NCBI RefSeq assembly: GCF_030144855.1
Contig: NC_082731.1
Coordinates: forward strand, 10,974,001-11,038,000
Reading direction: 5' to 3'
From: Hypanus sabinus
Lineage: Eukaryota
Length of the DNA: 64,000 nucleotides
Below the pieces are notes generated by a model. It was not told where the DNA came from, searched no databases, and saw only the letters and a program-made list of their open reading frames with translations. The position numbers and the translations under genes are program-made. Shown here in pieces: positions 26,965 to 38,904 of this stretch (the first letter of the stretch is position 1; each line of letters begins with the position of its first letter).

Positions 26965-29095
26965 TGACTTTGGCCCTGACCTTGACCCTGAGATTCATTG
27001 GTGAAGACGGGGACAAGCTACAGGCAATTGAATCTGTTCTGAGTGAAGTTATGGAAGCAATGAGGCAGGTAATCTCGTGCTGATAAACACAGTCTCATCG
27101 GAATCAGGTGTCTGTGATTTCTGTTCGAACGGCCGCCGTCCACGAGCTCGCTGTGGACATCCAGCGTCAGATGATTGCTGCTTACATTCTTGCCAATACA
27201 ATTCAGCAGCTTCTGCCCGCTCAGTCCTATTCCCAACATCTTGCAGGTCCTTTTCTGCTGCCCGGACAACCTCCGCTACTCATGCATCCGCTCCCGCTCC
27301 CGGACAGGAACCAACTCCCTTCGGGCGCCACGGATCCCCGCGTCCCTACAAGAACCGAGAATTCCACAAGCAGGGAGATATTCCGGTGATCCCGATTGAT
27401 ACAGGAATTTTATTACTCAGTGAGAGCTGACATTTCCAGGCCCAGCCTGGTCGCTTTGGTATAGATGTTCAAAATCTGGCGTTCAAGATCAATCTTCCAG
27501 TTGGATCTTCTCATCCTGTTCAACGCTTTACGGGAGTAAGGATACCCCGCAGCCCAGTCGTTCCGACATTTCGTGGCAGAGTTATGCAGAGTTTTTGACC
27601 TTCCAAGACTGGGCCAAGAGGCTGCCCACCGACTCTTGGACCTGCGCTAAGGCAGAGGAACGGTGAGAGCCTACGAAGTCAAATTCCGCATGCTTGACGG
27701 TTTGGAATGAAGGATCGCTCATCACTACTTTTTAGCGTGGACTGAACGCGGGGTCCGGCATAAACTCGCTGTTCCGGGACGAGCAGGATAGTCTGGATGT
27801 CTGATTCATCAGGCTATCCGAGCTGATGACCGAGTCATTGAGTGGCACAGGGAAAGGATGTTTCAAGCATCCTGTGCCCTGTCTGATCACCATCTTTCAG
27901 CGACCTCTCTCCATCCGTCACCTCCAGAACCCAGTCCACAGAGGAGCCTATGCAAGTAGGGCACATGCGCCTCTCTCAGGAGGAACGGGAGCGGCGCAGG
28001 AAAACAGTGTTCCTGCCTCTGATGTGGCGATCAAAGACACTTCCGGGCTGCAGGTTTCAAGTGTCCGGTAAAACACAACACCCGTCAGCAGGGAGGGGAA
28101 TCGTGACGCGTCAGTTCTCTCTTCAGTCAGTCTCACCTAATTGTGTAATGTTCGCAGCTGCCTTGACGTGGAGGTGTCAGACCCATGAACCTAAGGCGTT
28201 TATCGACTGTGGTGTAGCTGGGATTGGGAATCTCATGGACATCTCTCCAGATAAAACAGGGGGAGTTCCAACTCAGGAATTAAAAGAGAACATCAACGTC
28301 AAGTCACTGGACGGTCGACCTCTGGCTTCACCAACATATGCTCGAAGTCAACGATCATGAATAACCCTTTATACCTGGTGGATTTGCCTGAACTGCCACT
28401 GGTACGTGGTCTCTCCTGGTTATCCCGTCATAGCCCTTCTCCCTGCTTGGTAGATGGTTCCCTGGTTTTTACGGTGTGGTGCCTCCTGGCATCTTGCCGG
28501 GTACGTCCAGTATCTTGTGGACAGGGAACGGTGATTAACAATCCAGAACAACGTTCTTGGATAGCTGCGGTGGACATTTTGGACAATTTCCTCATCCAGG
28601 ACTTACAGCGGACACAGGACTGTGGGGCCTCAGGATCTGCGCCGGGAGAGGGGTGCGCTGTTACAACCGTCGTTCCGGCAGCGCTGAAATACAGCAATTG
28701 CGCTCCTGAATATGCACCTGACATCTGATTAATATTTCATTGTGATAGTATTTAACTTAATTCTTTTCGTCGTAGTGCTTGTCGAGACATGTGCAAAGCA
28801 CAACAACATTTCGGTGTCTGCTTGCTTTCGGCCTTGCCCGCGAAATTGGAGAAATTGGTCTGTCGGGTCAACTAACTCGAAAGACTAGCAGTATTCATTT
28901 TATATTTAGTTATTCCTTTCAGCCGCAGTGTTGGTTTCGTTTGCTATTCGAGAGTTTTAGTTAAGGGCCCTGTTTGGCCTAGCGTTTATTGCTTTCTTTT
29001 CCCTCAAACACTGTTGGCATTAAAGTCTGTGAACTATCGATCTGGTTCAGGGTCTCTCCGTCCGCAGTTGGGCAATAACCGAACGTAGTGACGCA
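26965..29095 (+). mobile_element. Internally deleted Ty3/Gypsy (Sushi/PEG10-like) LTR retrotransposon
   Basis: Gag end EEPMQVGHMRLSQEERERRRK, protease AFIDCGVAGIGNLMD..VKSLDGRPL, LVRGLSWLSRHSP; LTR-like tract with ATTAAA at ~28750-29095; no RT or integrase seen; frameshifted. Confidence 0.75.
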
Positions 29096-31005
29096 TTGGG
29101 TGTTTGACGGTCTTCTCTTGTGCCTTTCTTTATTTCATGGCTGCCCCTTCGGAGAAGAATCTCAAGGCTGTAGAATATATATATGTAGTTTGATAATAAT
29201 TGTACTTTAAACATTTGAATTTTGGATTGATTTCAAAGTTTTGGATAGATTTGCAAGTGAGAGCATCTGGCAGGCAGAGAAGATGACTAGACTGGAATGC
29301 TAAGCTAAATTTGCTTTTATTTGAACTCAGCAAGTTTAACTCGCAAGGTAAATAAACTGATTTCTTTACCTCAACAAGATTGTAAGCTATGAAGCGCGAC
29401 ATAATCAGTAATTTACACAATTTAGCTCACAGTGTTGCACTTTCACTTTTATGAAAATAAAGATAATTTTAATTCGTTAATTTGTTTTTCAAATTCTGTG
29501 AGGATCGTTGCCGATTATTTTTTGTTAGTAAAGAATGAATAGATTCATCCAACAGATTAACTTTGTTGCGAAGTCAGAGTACCAACAATCTTTTTATAAT
29601 CATCACCATTCGTTTATTTCAACGGTGTAATATATTTGGTTACTTCAGCAGCAGGCCCAATTCTTGGCAAGATGATTCGATTGATCCTCAGTCTTTAGAA
29701 TGCCAGTTTCACAGTTGCATGCATGAATCGAATCGCCATCTTGTGTTTTTTTTTGGATATACAACATACAACTTTAATTATTATTGTGGGAAATTTGACT
29801 AATATCAAACAAAGATTAACGCATGTGGAGGAGCATGAGATTTAAACCAGAATTTTCAGATAAAATGCATTTGCATTGAACAATTTTATTGCATTCTCCT
29901 TGTTGATATTCTAGCTGGAATTTACTACATGTAAGGAAAATATTATTGTTTAGATCACCGAAAGGATATAATCTGTTGAAGAAAGCATTTATTATTCCCC
30001 AGACTTTAGGTCCTCGGAAGAATCAACACCAGTTCGGCCTTGATGGCAAAAAGATATCAGGATATATGAAATTAAGGTAAAGGAATATAACTAATGTATA
30101 AATAGCCGTGTTCCGAATGTAATTGCCCATGACTTAATCATACCTGATAAGTCAATACAGTAGTAACGAAACTTTATAGATTCAATAGATTGGCAATGTT
30201 ACAATTGCGCAAAACTCAAGCTGCACAGGTGAAATTGATTGAGAACAGCAACCTGATTGTAATCGCAGGAATTTTTTGTCATTCACGTTCTGATGCAGTA
30301 TCTCCTGTGTTCTTTCGGGAATGTTAGCCTTTGATTCTGACTTAAATGGATGAAGATACTCATCTTACTTCACTCACGGGAAGTGCTCACCACCAAACAC
30401 ATCTGCAGGATGTGTTTCCTCCAGTCACTAAGTAGTTCTGGAAATTGATAGTGTGAACAAAGGCATGTTTTTACTGCTAGATTTTAATTACAATGTGTGT
30501 TGCCATGTAATTTTGGAGTCACAGTAAAGCAATTTATTGCCCACGGGGAACAACACAACCTGTGCCCATAATGTCATTCGGACTGTTATCAATATCTGGT
30601 AAAAATCTTGAAGCTTTTGAGTCCAGGACGGTCGGGAACCATGATGGGACTATTTCCACTGAAAACGTTACTAACATCCTGACAGCAGTTTTCGTCGAGA
30701 ACACACTATGCAATGTAACACGTTGTGATATGTATCACAATATATTCGTTGCTAATTTTTGCCATTAACTGCTTATGCTCTACCAAGGCACACGTGGATC
30801 TCGTGTATTTATTCTACAATTTGTCAGCAAATATTTTACATTGGAATTACTTTAAAATGCAACTTACTCTGCATTGACCAGCTTCTTCGTAATTAAGTGA
30901 AGCATTTAGGTCACATGTAGAAAAAAAATGTCTCAACTGGAGAATGGAAGTCGCAACTGGGATGTGTTATTCGAGGTCGTTTATAGAGATAATGTGATTC
31001 TGTAA

Positions 31006-31325
31006 TACGAGGGGTGATTGATAAGTTCGTGACCTAAGGTAGACGGAGTCAATTTTAGAAAACGTAGCACAATTATTTTTCAACATAGTTCCCTCCTACA
31101 TTTACACACTTAGCCCAGCGGTCGTGGAGCATACGGACCTTGAACCTCCAGAAAGTGTCCACAGGTGGGTGATTGATAAATCTGTGGCCTAAGGTAGAAG
31201 GAGATTAGTTATACAGCTCTCGTTACATGCACCTGCAGGTCAACTGTGTGAGTGATTATGCAGAAAGTTTGAAATTAATAACTCATCAGGGGTGGATGAT
31301 AAGTTCGTGGCCCAAGGTAGAAAAA
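31006..31325 (+). mobile_element. Mariner-derived non-autonomous element end with three direct copies of a TIR-like motif
   Basis: TACGAGGGGTGATTGATAAGTTCGTG(A/G)CCTAAGGTAGA-like motif at 31006, ~31167 and ~31288. Confidence 0.55.
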
Positions 31326-31329
31326 GACT

Positions 31330-31790
31330 TTGCTCTCGATAGATTTGGCTGCGTCTACAAACATCTGCATCCTCTTTCGATCTTGTGCATTGGAGCCTAC
31401 ATAACAGCCGGTGATACAACCAGTCCTAATGTTCTCCACAGTACATATGTAGAAATTTCTTTGAGTCTTTGGCAACATTTCAAATCTCCCGAAATTCCCA
31501 ATGAAGTATAGCCGCTGGTGTGCTTCCTTTCTGATTGGTTTGATATGCCGAGCACGGAATAGATCGTCGTTGATGTTGATGCTCAAGAACTTGAAGCTGC
31601 ACTCTGAGATTTTGAAGTCTCAGAACATGAAGGAGATAGATAGCATAGTGGCATGGAATCATGACAAAATTCCCTCAACAACAACAAAACAAACGAATTG
31701 GTTATTTACTTCAGGAAGGGAGAATGTGAACATGCTCCTCTCTACACTTACTGTTGACGAGACGGTTGAGAGCTTTACGTTCCTGACTCC
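31330..31790 (-). mobile_element. Rex1/Babar RT 3' fragment
   Basis: KEAHQRLYFIGNFGRF..FYICTVENIRTGCITGCY..DRKRMQMFVDAAKSI (ORF 31275-31586). Confidence 0.65.
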
Positions 31791-32855
31791 ATTATTGCCT
31801 CACCAGCATAATTATCCAGTGGTCCAATATTAACTCTCACCTCCCTTTTACTTTTCATTTAACTGATATCTCATGCCCAGCATTTCTCTGCTAGATGCAT
31901 CTTTACCATCCAGTTTCTATTGCTAATATCCTTCAAGGTGTCATTTTGTCCGTCCAGTCCACGCAATTTCACTTTGCTTACCTGTTTACTTGACCTTTCT
32001 TTGCAATGTACGCATTTAAAGCAATAACAAGCTCCACCAGTCAGTAGGATCACAGCCGACTCTTTTCCTCTACTGCATATTCACGATTACTTTACTATCA
32101 ATTTAGTCTGGAACATTCCCATCACCTGAACATTTACGTCCTGTTTGAACGGAGAATTCCAAGCAACCCCTACCAATTGCTTGAAACACTTCCTGTGCTT
32201 TTTTAAACAGAAGCATCATCATCCCCTAATTATTCCGGGGATCCCCACGTGTTTCTTGTACCTCCAATGCTGTGAATCACATTTTCGTAAATTTTAGAGA
32301 GGTTTTTTCTAGTATCTTATCAATCGACTCCCAACGTCACATCACCACCTAGCGACTGATGCTGAGAATAAATATGCTGTGCTCCGATTATCCGGGAAAT
32401 TGATAGAATGCTGCCGTTTATTATCGAGAAATTTGAAGCAAAATAAGAGAAGTTTGCTAGAGTTTTATTGGACGTTGTTGAGGTAACACCTGGAAATCTG
32501 TTTACAGTCATATGTTGCTTCTTTGGAAATAAAGGCTCGCTGAATTCATAGGTGGGGTTGGGTAACCTGTCTTAAAATGGAGTATTGAACAGGTTGCGAA
32601 TGCATTCGCTCTTCTTTCAGAGAGTAGTATGTAACAATTGAAAAAAATGCAAGATCCCGATGATATTTGACAATATGTACGTGAGCATGTCGAGTCCTGT
32701 AGGAGTTGGATGTAAATAAAAATCGCTACTTAAATTCGAGAATTGGTAAATTGACATCCCCCCCCCATCCCTCTCTCTGTCAGTCTGTCCCCCTTTCACT
32801 GCTTCTTTCTGTCTGTTTGTCCCTGTTTCTCACACAAATACGCGGTCATATAAAC

Positions 32856-33012
32856 NNNNNNNNNNNNNNNNNNNNNNNNNNNNNNNNNNNNNNNNNNNNN
32901 NNNNNNNNNNNNNNNNNNNNNNNNNNNNNNNNNNNNNNNNNNNNNNNNNNNNNNNNNNNNNNNNNNNNNNNNNNNNNNNNNNNNNNNNNNNNNNNNNNNN
33001 NNNNNNNNNNNN
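32856..33012. other. Assembly gap (157 N)
   Basis: Run of N. Confidence 1.
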
Positions 33013-33179
33013 TCATTGCTAGCGTTCACATTTCCAATTCGAGGTTATCACATTGAATCTTTCCAACAGATGCAGCGAGCTGCTGATTATTTCCAGCGTT
33101 TTCTGCTTTTGAGTTCAGTTGTATCATACAGATCCCAACTGTAGGAAAGTTTCATTGCTCACCACAGTTAATTGAGCAA

Positions 33180-36100
33180 GTATTCACAAATGCTGAATTT
33201 CACGGATGCTGGTAACCCTTCGCAAAATAACAGACGCTTATGTCTGCAACACAAAACGTGTCAGATGGTACTGCGCCTGGAAGAGGCACAAAGATTTATT
33301 GTGAACCATAGTTCTTCCGAGCTGTACTTTTAGTTATGACAACATATTCCCTGGGCATTCAGTGCTGAATTGGTGAAATGATATCGGTACCCAAATATGT
33401 AGGAAATGGAGAGGTCCATTGTCTTCTCTGACCTTCATTAGAATAAGAGTGATGGCATTGAAGTGTGAACTGTGAATAAAATTTATGCTAAAACAATGGC
33501 TGGTGTGGGATTCTATAAAAGGATATGAATAAAATGAATGAGATATGAGTAAAACCTCCTATTTTTTCCCTCACAAGTTCAAACAAATATTGCGTAAATT
33601 TTACCTGTGAAATTTTGGGTTGGCTGAGGCCAATAGCTTTTAGGTTTTTTTTAAATTAACCTGTTGATATTCATGAGTTAAGGCGGATAAATGTATTTAG
33701 AACACATAAATTTTGAACATGATGAATGCTTAAATCTTGTCTTGGTATACCAACAATGATCACAGGATGGCAGTAACGGGGTCTAGCTGAACTGAAATAT
33801 ATTCCAGTCCATAAGAGAGAACTGGAGATTTCAAATTCAAATTCTTATGGCATTCTTTTTTTTAATGTCTGGTTTCAATTATAGTGGATTATTATCTTTC
33901 TAAAGACGAGGATCCTAAATGTTCCGTGATTATGGTCAAGAAGTTCAATTCGTGACACTGGAGCCAGCTGGGGAAGGAGAAAAGATATTCTTTCCCCAGA
34001 GCATTAATTTTCTTCCTGGCTTTTTAGTTCATGCCTTGCGATCTGCCAAAGCTAACTTCAAAATAAAGCCATTTATTTTTAATGAGATGATGATCTCAAA
34101 TTCTCAGTTGTCATGCATGGATACTCTTATATTGCTGGCTCTTTTTCTTTCCTTCACCCACTTTCACAGCAACATGCCCGAATTTTATACCGGCAATTCC
34201 GACTGAACGCTGAAGGAACTCAGCAAACTCGGCAGCATCTATTGAAGGGAAATAACTACACGTTTTTTTTCCTTTTCCTGGTGTAGCCCGTCTTCCTAAA
34301 TCCATTTCTATTCTCTTTTCCATGCTTTGCGACCATACAGCATGCTAGACCATGGACTCATCTGTCGAAAGACAGCGACGACATCTAATTAGATGTCATT
34401 GCTGCGTCTTTCACTCATTGAAGGAAATAAATTCTTGTATTCCAGAATCACCCTCCCCCATTAAACTCACCCTCAGTTCCAGCATGTGTATTTTCCTTGT
34501 TACCTTTTCCCATGTGATACTCCGTGTTAATATTGCCCAAATGTATCGCATTATGCTGTTCCAATTCTGTAACCAGCAACTTGCTGGGAACCCTTTACAT
34601 TCACACAGGTTAATCGAGACTGATCCCAATAATTCAAAAACATCTTTTTATGGAGCTAAGTCGTGGATGAATTTACAACCATCTGGTAAGGATGATCGCA
34701 GAGAAACGGGACCCTACTTGGATGTTCATATGGCAACGTGCATTCACCTGGAAGAGAAAAAGTGTACACATCGGTTGGCAGAACTGATGGGTTATTTTCA
34801 CATTTTCTCATCTCTGTTGAAGTTGTCAAGTGGTTTTATTTTCACTTCTGGTCGTTTTTCACATTTCCCCGCTTGTATGCTTGAAACCTCATTGAGCAAA
34901 AAAGTTCAGAATTCATTTTCTGCTTATTTCTCGCCAAATATCAGTGATATTTATGGACTCAAACACACACAACAGACGCTATTAATTGGCTTTAAGCACG
35001 ACGCAGTGTTAAGCGGTCATTTCCCCATCCAGCTCTTTGCAGCTTAGGGCAACGTTTTACCGCATTCAAACCACCAGTGCTCGTGCCTTCTGCAAACTTA
35101 CTACCCAAGCTTTCCAGTTCCTTATCAGAATAATTTGCAAATTTACTAACTCACCCTTCCTCTTCCTCATCCTGATTAATGATAAAAATCACAAAAATAT
35201 AGGCAGTCACAACAATCCTATCTTCTATGGGAAAGCCGATTTGAGTCAACGCAGTCAAGTTTCCAGGGATCTCACCCCTCACGTCTGTGCGGAAAAGCCT
35301 GTCATGGGTAACCTTTTCAAACACGAATCTAAAAACAGGTGCGCCACGCTACCTATCTTCATCAATTTGTTTAGTCACATTCTCTGAACACCGAGTAATG
35401 CTCAGGAGGCGCGATCTACCCCGTACAAAGCCATCAAGATTTCGTGAGCTAAATTCTAGTGCATCTTGGTTTGAGAAAACCTGTGAATCGCAGCAGGAAC
35501 ATTTTAAACGTCAGTTTATTCGCTCATGTTAAAATTGTGTAACTTGAATTATACGATACTATTTGATAATCGTTTCAATGAAAGAAAACTATTTTGACGA
35601 AAGTCTTCAGATATCAAATAGTACGAGTATATTACGAAGCACATCGCCTTCAGCAATGTATATTTGCATTATTTATTTCCCCACTGCTACTCGTACACTT
35701 TAAGTGTGTTTAAATTTGACTTAGTTGTTCTTGAAATGATTTAAAACAATTGTTTGGAAAGTTAAGTGAACAAATTAATTAAAATTATTAATGTTAATGC
35801 TAACGTAGAATAATTGAAATATCTTTGTACTAGTTATAATAAAAATTAATTACATCAGTTTAATCATTTCCTTTTGATTTGCAACACGGCAAATTTTGAT
35901 CCTCAGCCTCAAAGTACATTGCTTGCCTGAGTTAAATCTTCCTTATTTACTTTACTCAACGCGTAGGTTTAATTGGTTTTGTGGTTCAGTTTTATCAATA
36001 GTCAGTAGATCATGGTAAGAAAAATAGAATATTTAAAAAAGAACTCGTAGGCATGTGAAATTTAAACCAGAGATCCCAGTGGCAATAAAGCAATCAATGC

Positions 36101-36780
36101 GCATTTTACCTTGTATTGCATGCTCTTTGTTGTTATTCTGACAAGTAAGTCATATAATATGTTGATATGTCTCACAAGTAAGAAGCACATAGTATTGGCC
36201 AACACAGCGAAAAGCATAAAATCTTTTCAGGATATTATGTAATTTCCCTGTGATGTTAGGATTTTGAGTGATTCAACCTGTCCTGAATTGATCGCCAGAA
36301 ATATCAGATTTTGGCGTTTTCCAGCTTTCTCCAAGGAAGTAAGGCTTAGATCCTGACATAAAGGAATTGGGATTTCATCCCGTTACTGTGACGAGAGCAT
36401 GCGTTCTCCATCTGGTGATCTTATTGTTACACACCAAGCGCCCACACAATGTCTCCTTTCACGGGCAATTGAACAATCTCAATGTTGTCACACTTCCGTT
36501 AAAATTGCAAATAAAAGTTGGCTACCAATGTAAGTCATGAAACGAGTAATGCATGCATTTACAGCTTCATTGTTTTTCAAATGTGAGAAGACATGCACCT
36601 TCCAAGTTCCGGTAATCAACATTCTGTCCTCAGTGAAGTAGCAAAACTCGGTGATTCCCATCTGTGATGACATTTCAACAAGGAAGTTGGAAGCCCTTTT
36701 TTCAGTCCAGCAGCTTGGTAGGATTCTTTCAATTTCCATGCTCACTGATAAGAACTGGAGAGGCACAGTCTCCCAGATAC
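33180..36780 (+). repeat. Old non-coding tandem duplication, unit B
   Basis: Same anchors as unit A, e.g. ctgaggccaatagctt (16/16) and gtggatta(a/t)tatctttctaaagacg (24/25); interrupted by SINE and CR1 fragments. Confidence 0.8.
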
Positions 36781-37314
36781 CTACTCTCGTGATAGAGAAT
36801 CACTAAGCAGAAACATAATCGTGATCAATATATATCCTTTATAAAATTCTACTTTGAGAGAAACACGTAAATGGTATAATATCACTGCTCCAAATGCAAA
36901 TGGTTATGATTGGTTATTCGCGGAATTTCTTCATAATAGTTCCACAAGGCTTGCTAATAATGATCATACTCTCTCCACCCCGACTTTTTAAGGCAAGGCA
37001 ACTGATTAAGATACAGGACACAGAGAATTATAATTTAGTTAATTCAATTGCACTTTCTTAGTCCCGAGTCTTGAGTATCAAACCTTATTTTTGAGCTTGG
37101 TCAACGGGGGAAGATACGAGAACTCATTTCTACACAACTTATTGCTCTGTAGGTGCATATGGATATTAGGAGAGGGCGCCCCTCAAGATGTCATACTAAC
37201 TTAATTGTTTCGTTCAAGTTCAAAATTAGAATGGTAGATTACAAGGCGTATTGATTTTTTTCACATTTGTGGTAGACTCCAATCTCTCACTGTTTGACAA
37301 TGATTTAATCACAG

Positions 37315-37320
37315 TTTATT
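37315..37320 (-). terminator. Candidate poly(A) signal of membrane-form mRNA
   Basis: First AATAAA I found on the minus strand downstream of the TM2 stop (~390 nt). A decayed SINE/pLTR fragment (~37510-37640) lies in the presumed 3' UTR. Confidence 0.4.
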
Positions 37321-37706
37321 TTAAAATATACAGAGGAATATGCTTGGCAAACTTTCTGTGAAATTCTAACCAAAATAAATGTTTCACAAAGCAGAAATCA
37401 GAATCAAACTGATAGAAGAAAGGGAAACAAAGTTGCAATTTTACAAGCACGATATCGCAATTAACACAAATTATACAGAGAGTAGTGGTCTATTGTTATC
37501 ATCTACACAAGAGATTCTGCAGATTGTGGAAATCCAGAACAACACCCCAAAAGTTGGAGGAACTCAGCAGGTCAGGCAACATCTATGGAGCAGATAAATT
37601 TCGACGCTCCATGCTGAGATGCTCCATCAGGATGGTCACCATTCGTCATCATTTAACTTCGGGTCCATTAAAACAACAGCTGGAGTTGAGTCTGCTTCAA
37701 TATTCT

Positions 37707-37715
37707 CTATTTCAC
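37707..37715 (-). CDS. IgNAR: Cytoplasmic-tail exon TM2 coding part (Val-Lys-stop)
   Basis: gtctctgttcgtgttctgtcattacAG|GTG AAA TAG; phase 0, giving the canonical KVK tail of mu-type membrane Ig. It is 860 nt from the TM1b donor and ~11.6 kb from the TM1a donor. Confidence 0.7.
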   Translation of the reverse strand: MK

Positions 37716-38575
37716 CTGTAATGACAGAACACGAACAGAGACTCCAGTGAGCAGCTGAGAGAGGCAAACAGACAAAGCAACCAAATGGTCGAAAGAGCAC
37801 AGTAACAAAATAAAATGTTCTTATATTTTCCTTGTAACTTGTTAGATTCATTATCAGCTCCAGGCTGCATCGCCAGCCTATATTTCTATATGCTCCATTA
37901 AATGTACTTATAAGTCGTAATTATACAGGGAAATGATTGGTCGACTGGCTTATTTCCAACCAACATCTGATTCCTCATATGTCAGATATGAAGGAGTTGA
38001 TGCATTTTGCAGTTTTCTACTTGATCTGTTACCGCATGTCGCGTGGTGTACTTTCGGACGAAGTCTGACCTTACTTACTTTCTTATCCCGTTGCAGCGAG
38101 CGGATATTCTAAAATACACCGTGCGTAATTTTACATATTATTTCGGCGAACAAGAAACACCATTCATGTTAAACACCAAGAATAAGTTCTTCTCTGCCCT
38201 GGTCTGAACTGTTGTGTTGTTGGTCATAGTCCCTGGAGGTAAAAGTGAGAATGCTGCCGATCAAGGTTGCAGATCATCAGGGTGTTTTATGGCTCGTCCA
38301 GCTTTATTGCACAATAAATGGGAGTCGAAAAGTACAACGTCAGGCTAAGGGCACTCTTGGAATTCTACCGATATTCTGGTCTGCATACTAAATGTCAGAC
38401 ATTTGTTTTGAACCTACTACAGTAAAGGTTTGTAGTTTATTCGTTTATATGAATAGCTTGTCTCAGGAACGGGAGTTGGAAAAGAAATGCAAGTATACAT
38501 AAAAGAATTAAGAATCACGTGCGTTGATGCTTTGAAACAAAATAAAATCGCATTGTGAATAGCAATCATAAATAC

Positions 38576-38792
38576 TTTGAAAGTTTCCACGTATGAGTGA
38601 CATAGAATTAAGAGAAATAGAAACGACATGATGGCGGAACTCAGCAGACTGGGCAGTATCTGTGGGGAGGAATTAGTAGTTGCCGTCCAAACCGGCGACT
38701 CTTCATTCCTCTCCGTAAATTCTGCCTGGACTGCTGAGTTCGGCGAGGATTTATTGTGCGTTGCACTGGATTTCCAACATGTGCAGAATGAT
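38576..38792 (-). pseudogene. Paralogous, frameshifted second membrane exon TM1b
   Basis: Strong acceptor ctttcttctgaaactatatctcttagctgcAG|AT aligns with the TM1a acceptor, and both upstream introns share aaaacggtct. The phase-1 frame starts DHSAHVGNPV (cf. DVGEIPV); a second frame gives SAVQAEFTERNEESPVWTATT...FLFLLILCHSYVETFK|GT (cf. SGGEEEFVNLDEDVCSAST...IK). Length 217 nt is out of phase. Confidence 0.7.
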
Positions 38793-38904
38793 CTGCAGCT
38801 AAGAGATATAGTTTCAGAAGAAAGAGCAATGAAGTAAAGATGGTGATGGGGAGGTCTATTTAAGACCGTTTTACAGAATACATAAAATATTGCATCTTTA
38901 TCGG

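Larger units (their letters stand above)
25640..30450 (+). repeat. Old non-coding tandem duplication, unit A (interrupted by Tc1 and Gypsy insertions)
   Basis: Seven collinear anchors to unit B: 25639/33180, 26092/33624, 26343/33884, 26504/34033 (offset ~7.53-7.54 kb) and 29681/35896, 29840/36060, 29887/36114 (offset ~6.22 kb). Confidence 0.8.

Noticed and set aside
34352-35047. Longest ORF in the track (231 aa, + strand)
   Set aside because: No recognisable domain or splice context; lies in decayed repeat/duplicated non-coding DNA and is most likely chance.
36097-36150. Leader-exon-like ATG...hydrophobic codons...A|GTAAGT on the + strand
   Set aside because: The long frame hits TGA, the open frame gives only MLFVVILT, no V exon follows, and the paralogous position in unit A lacks the donor.
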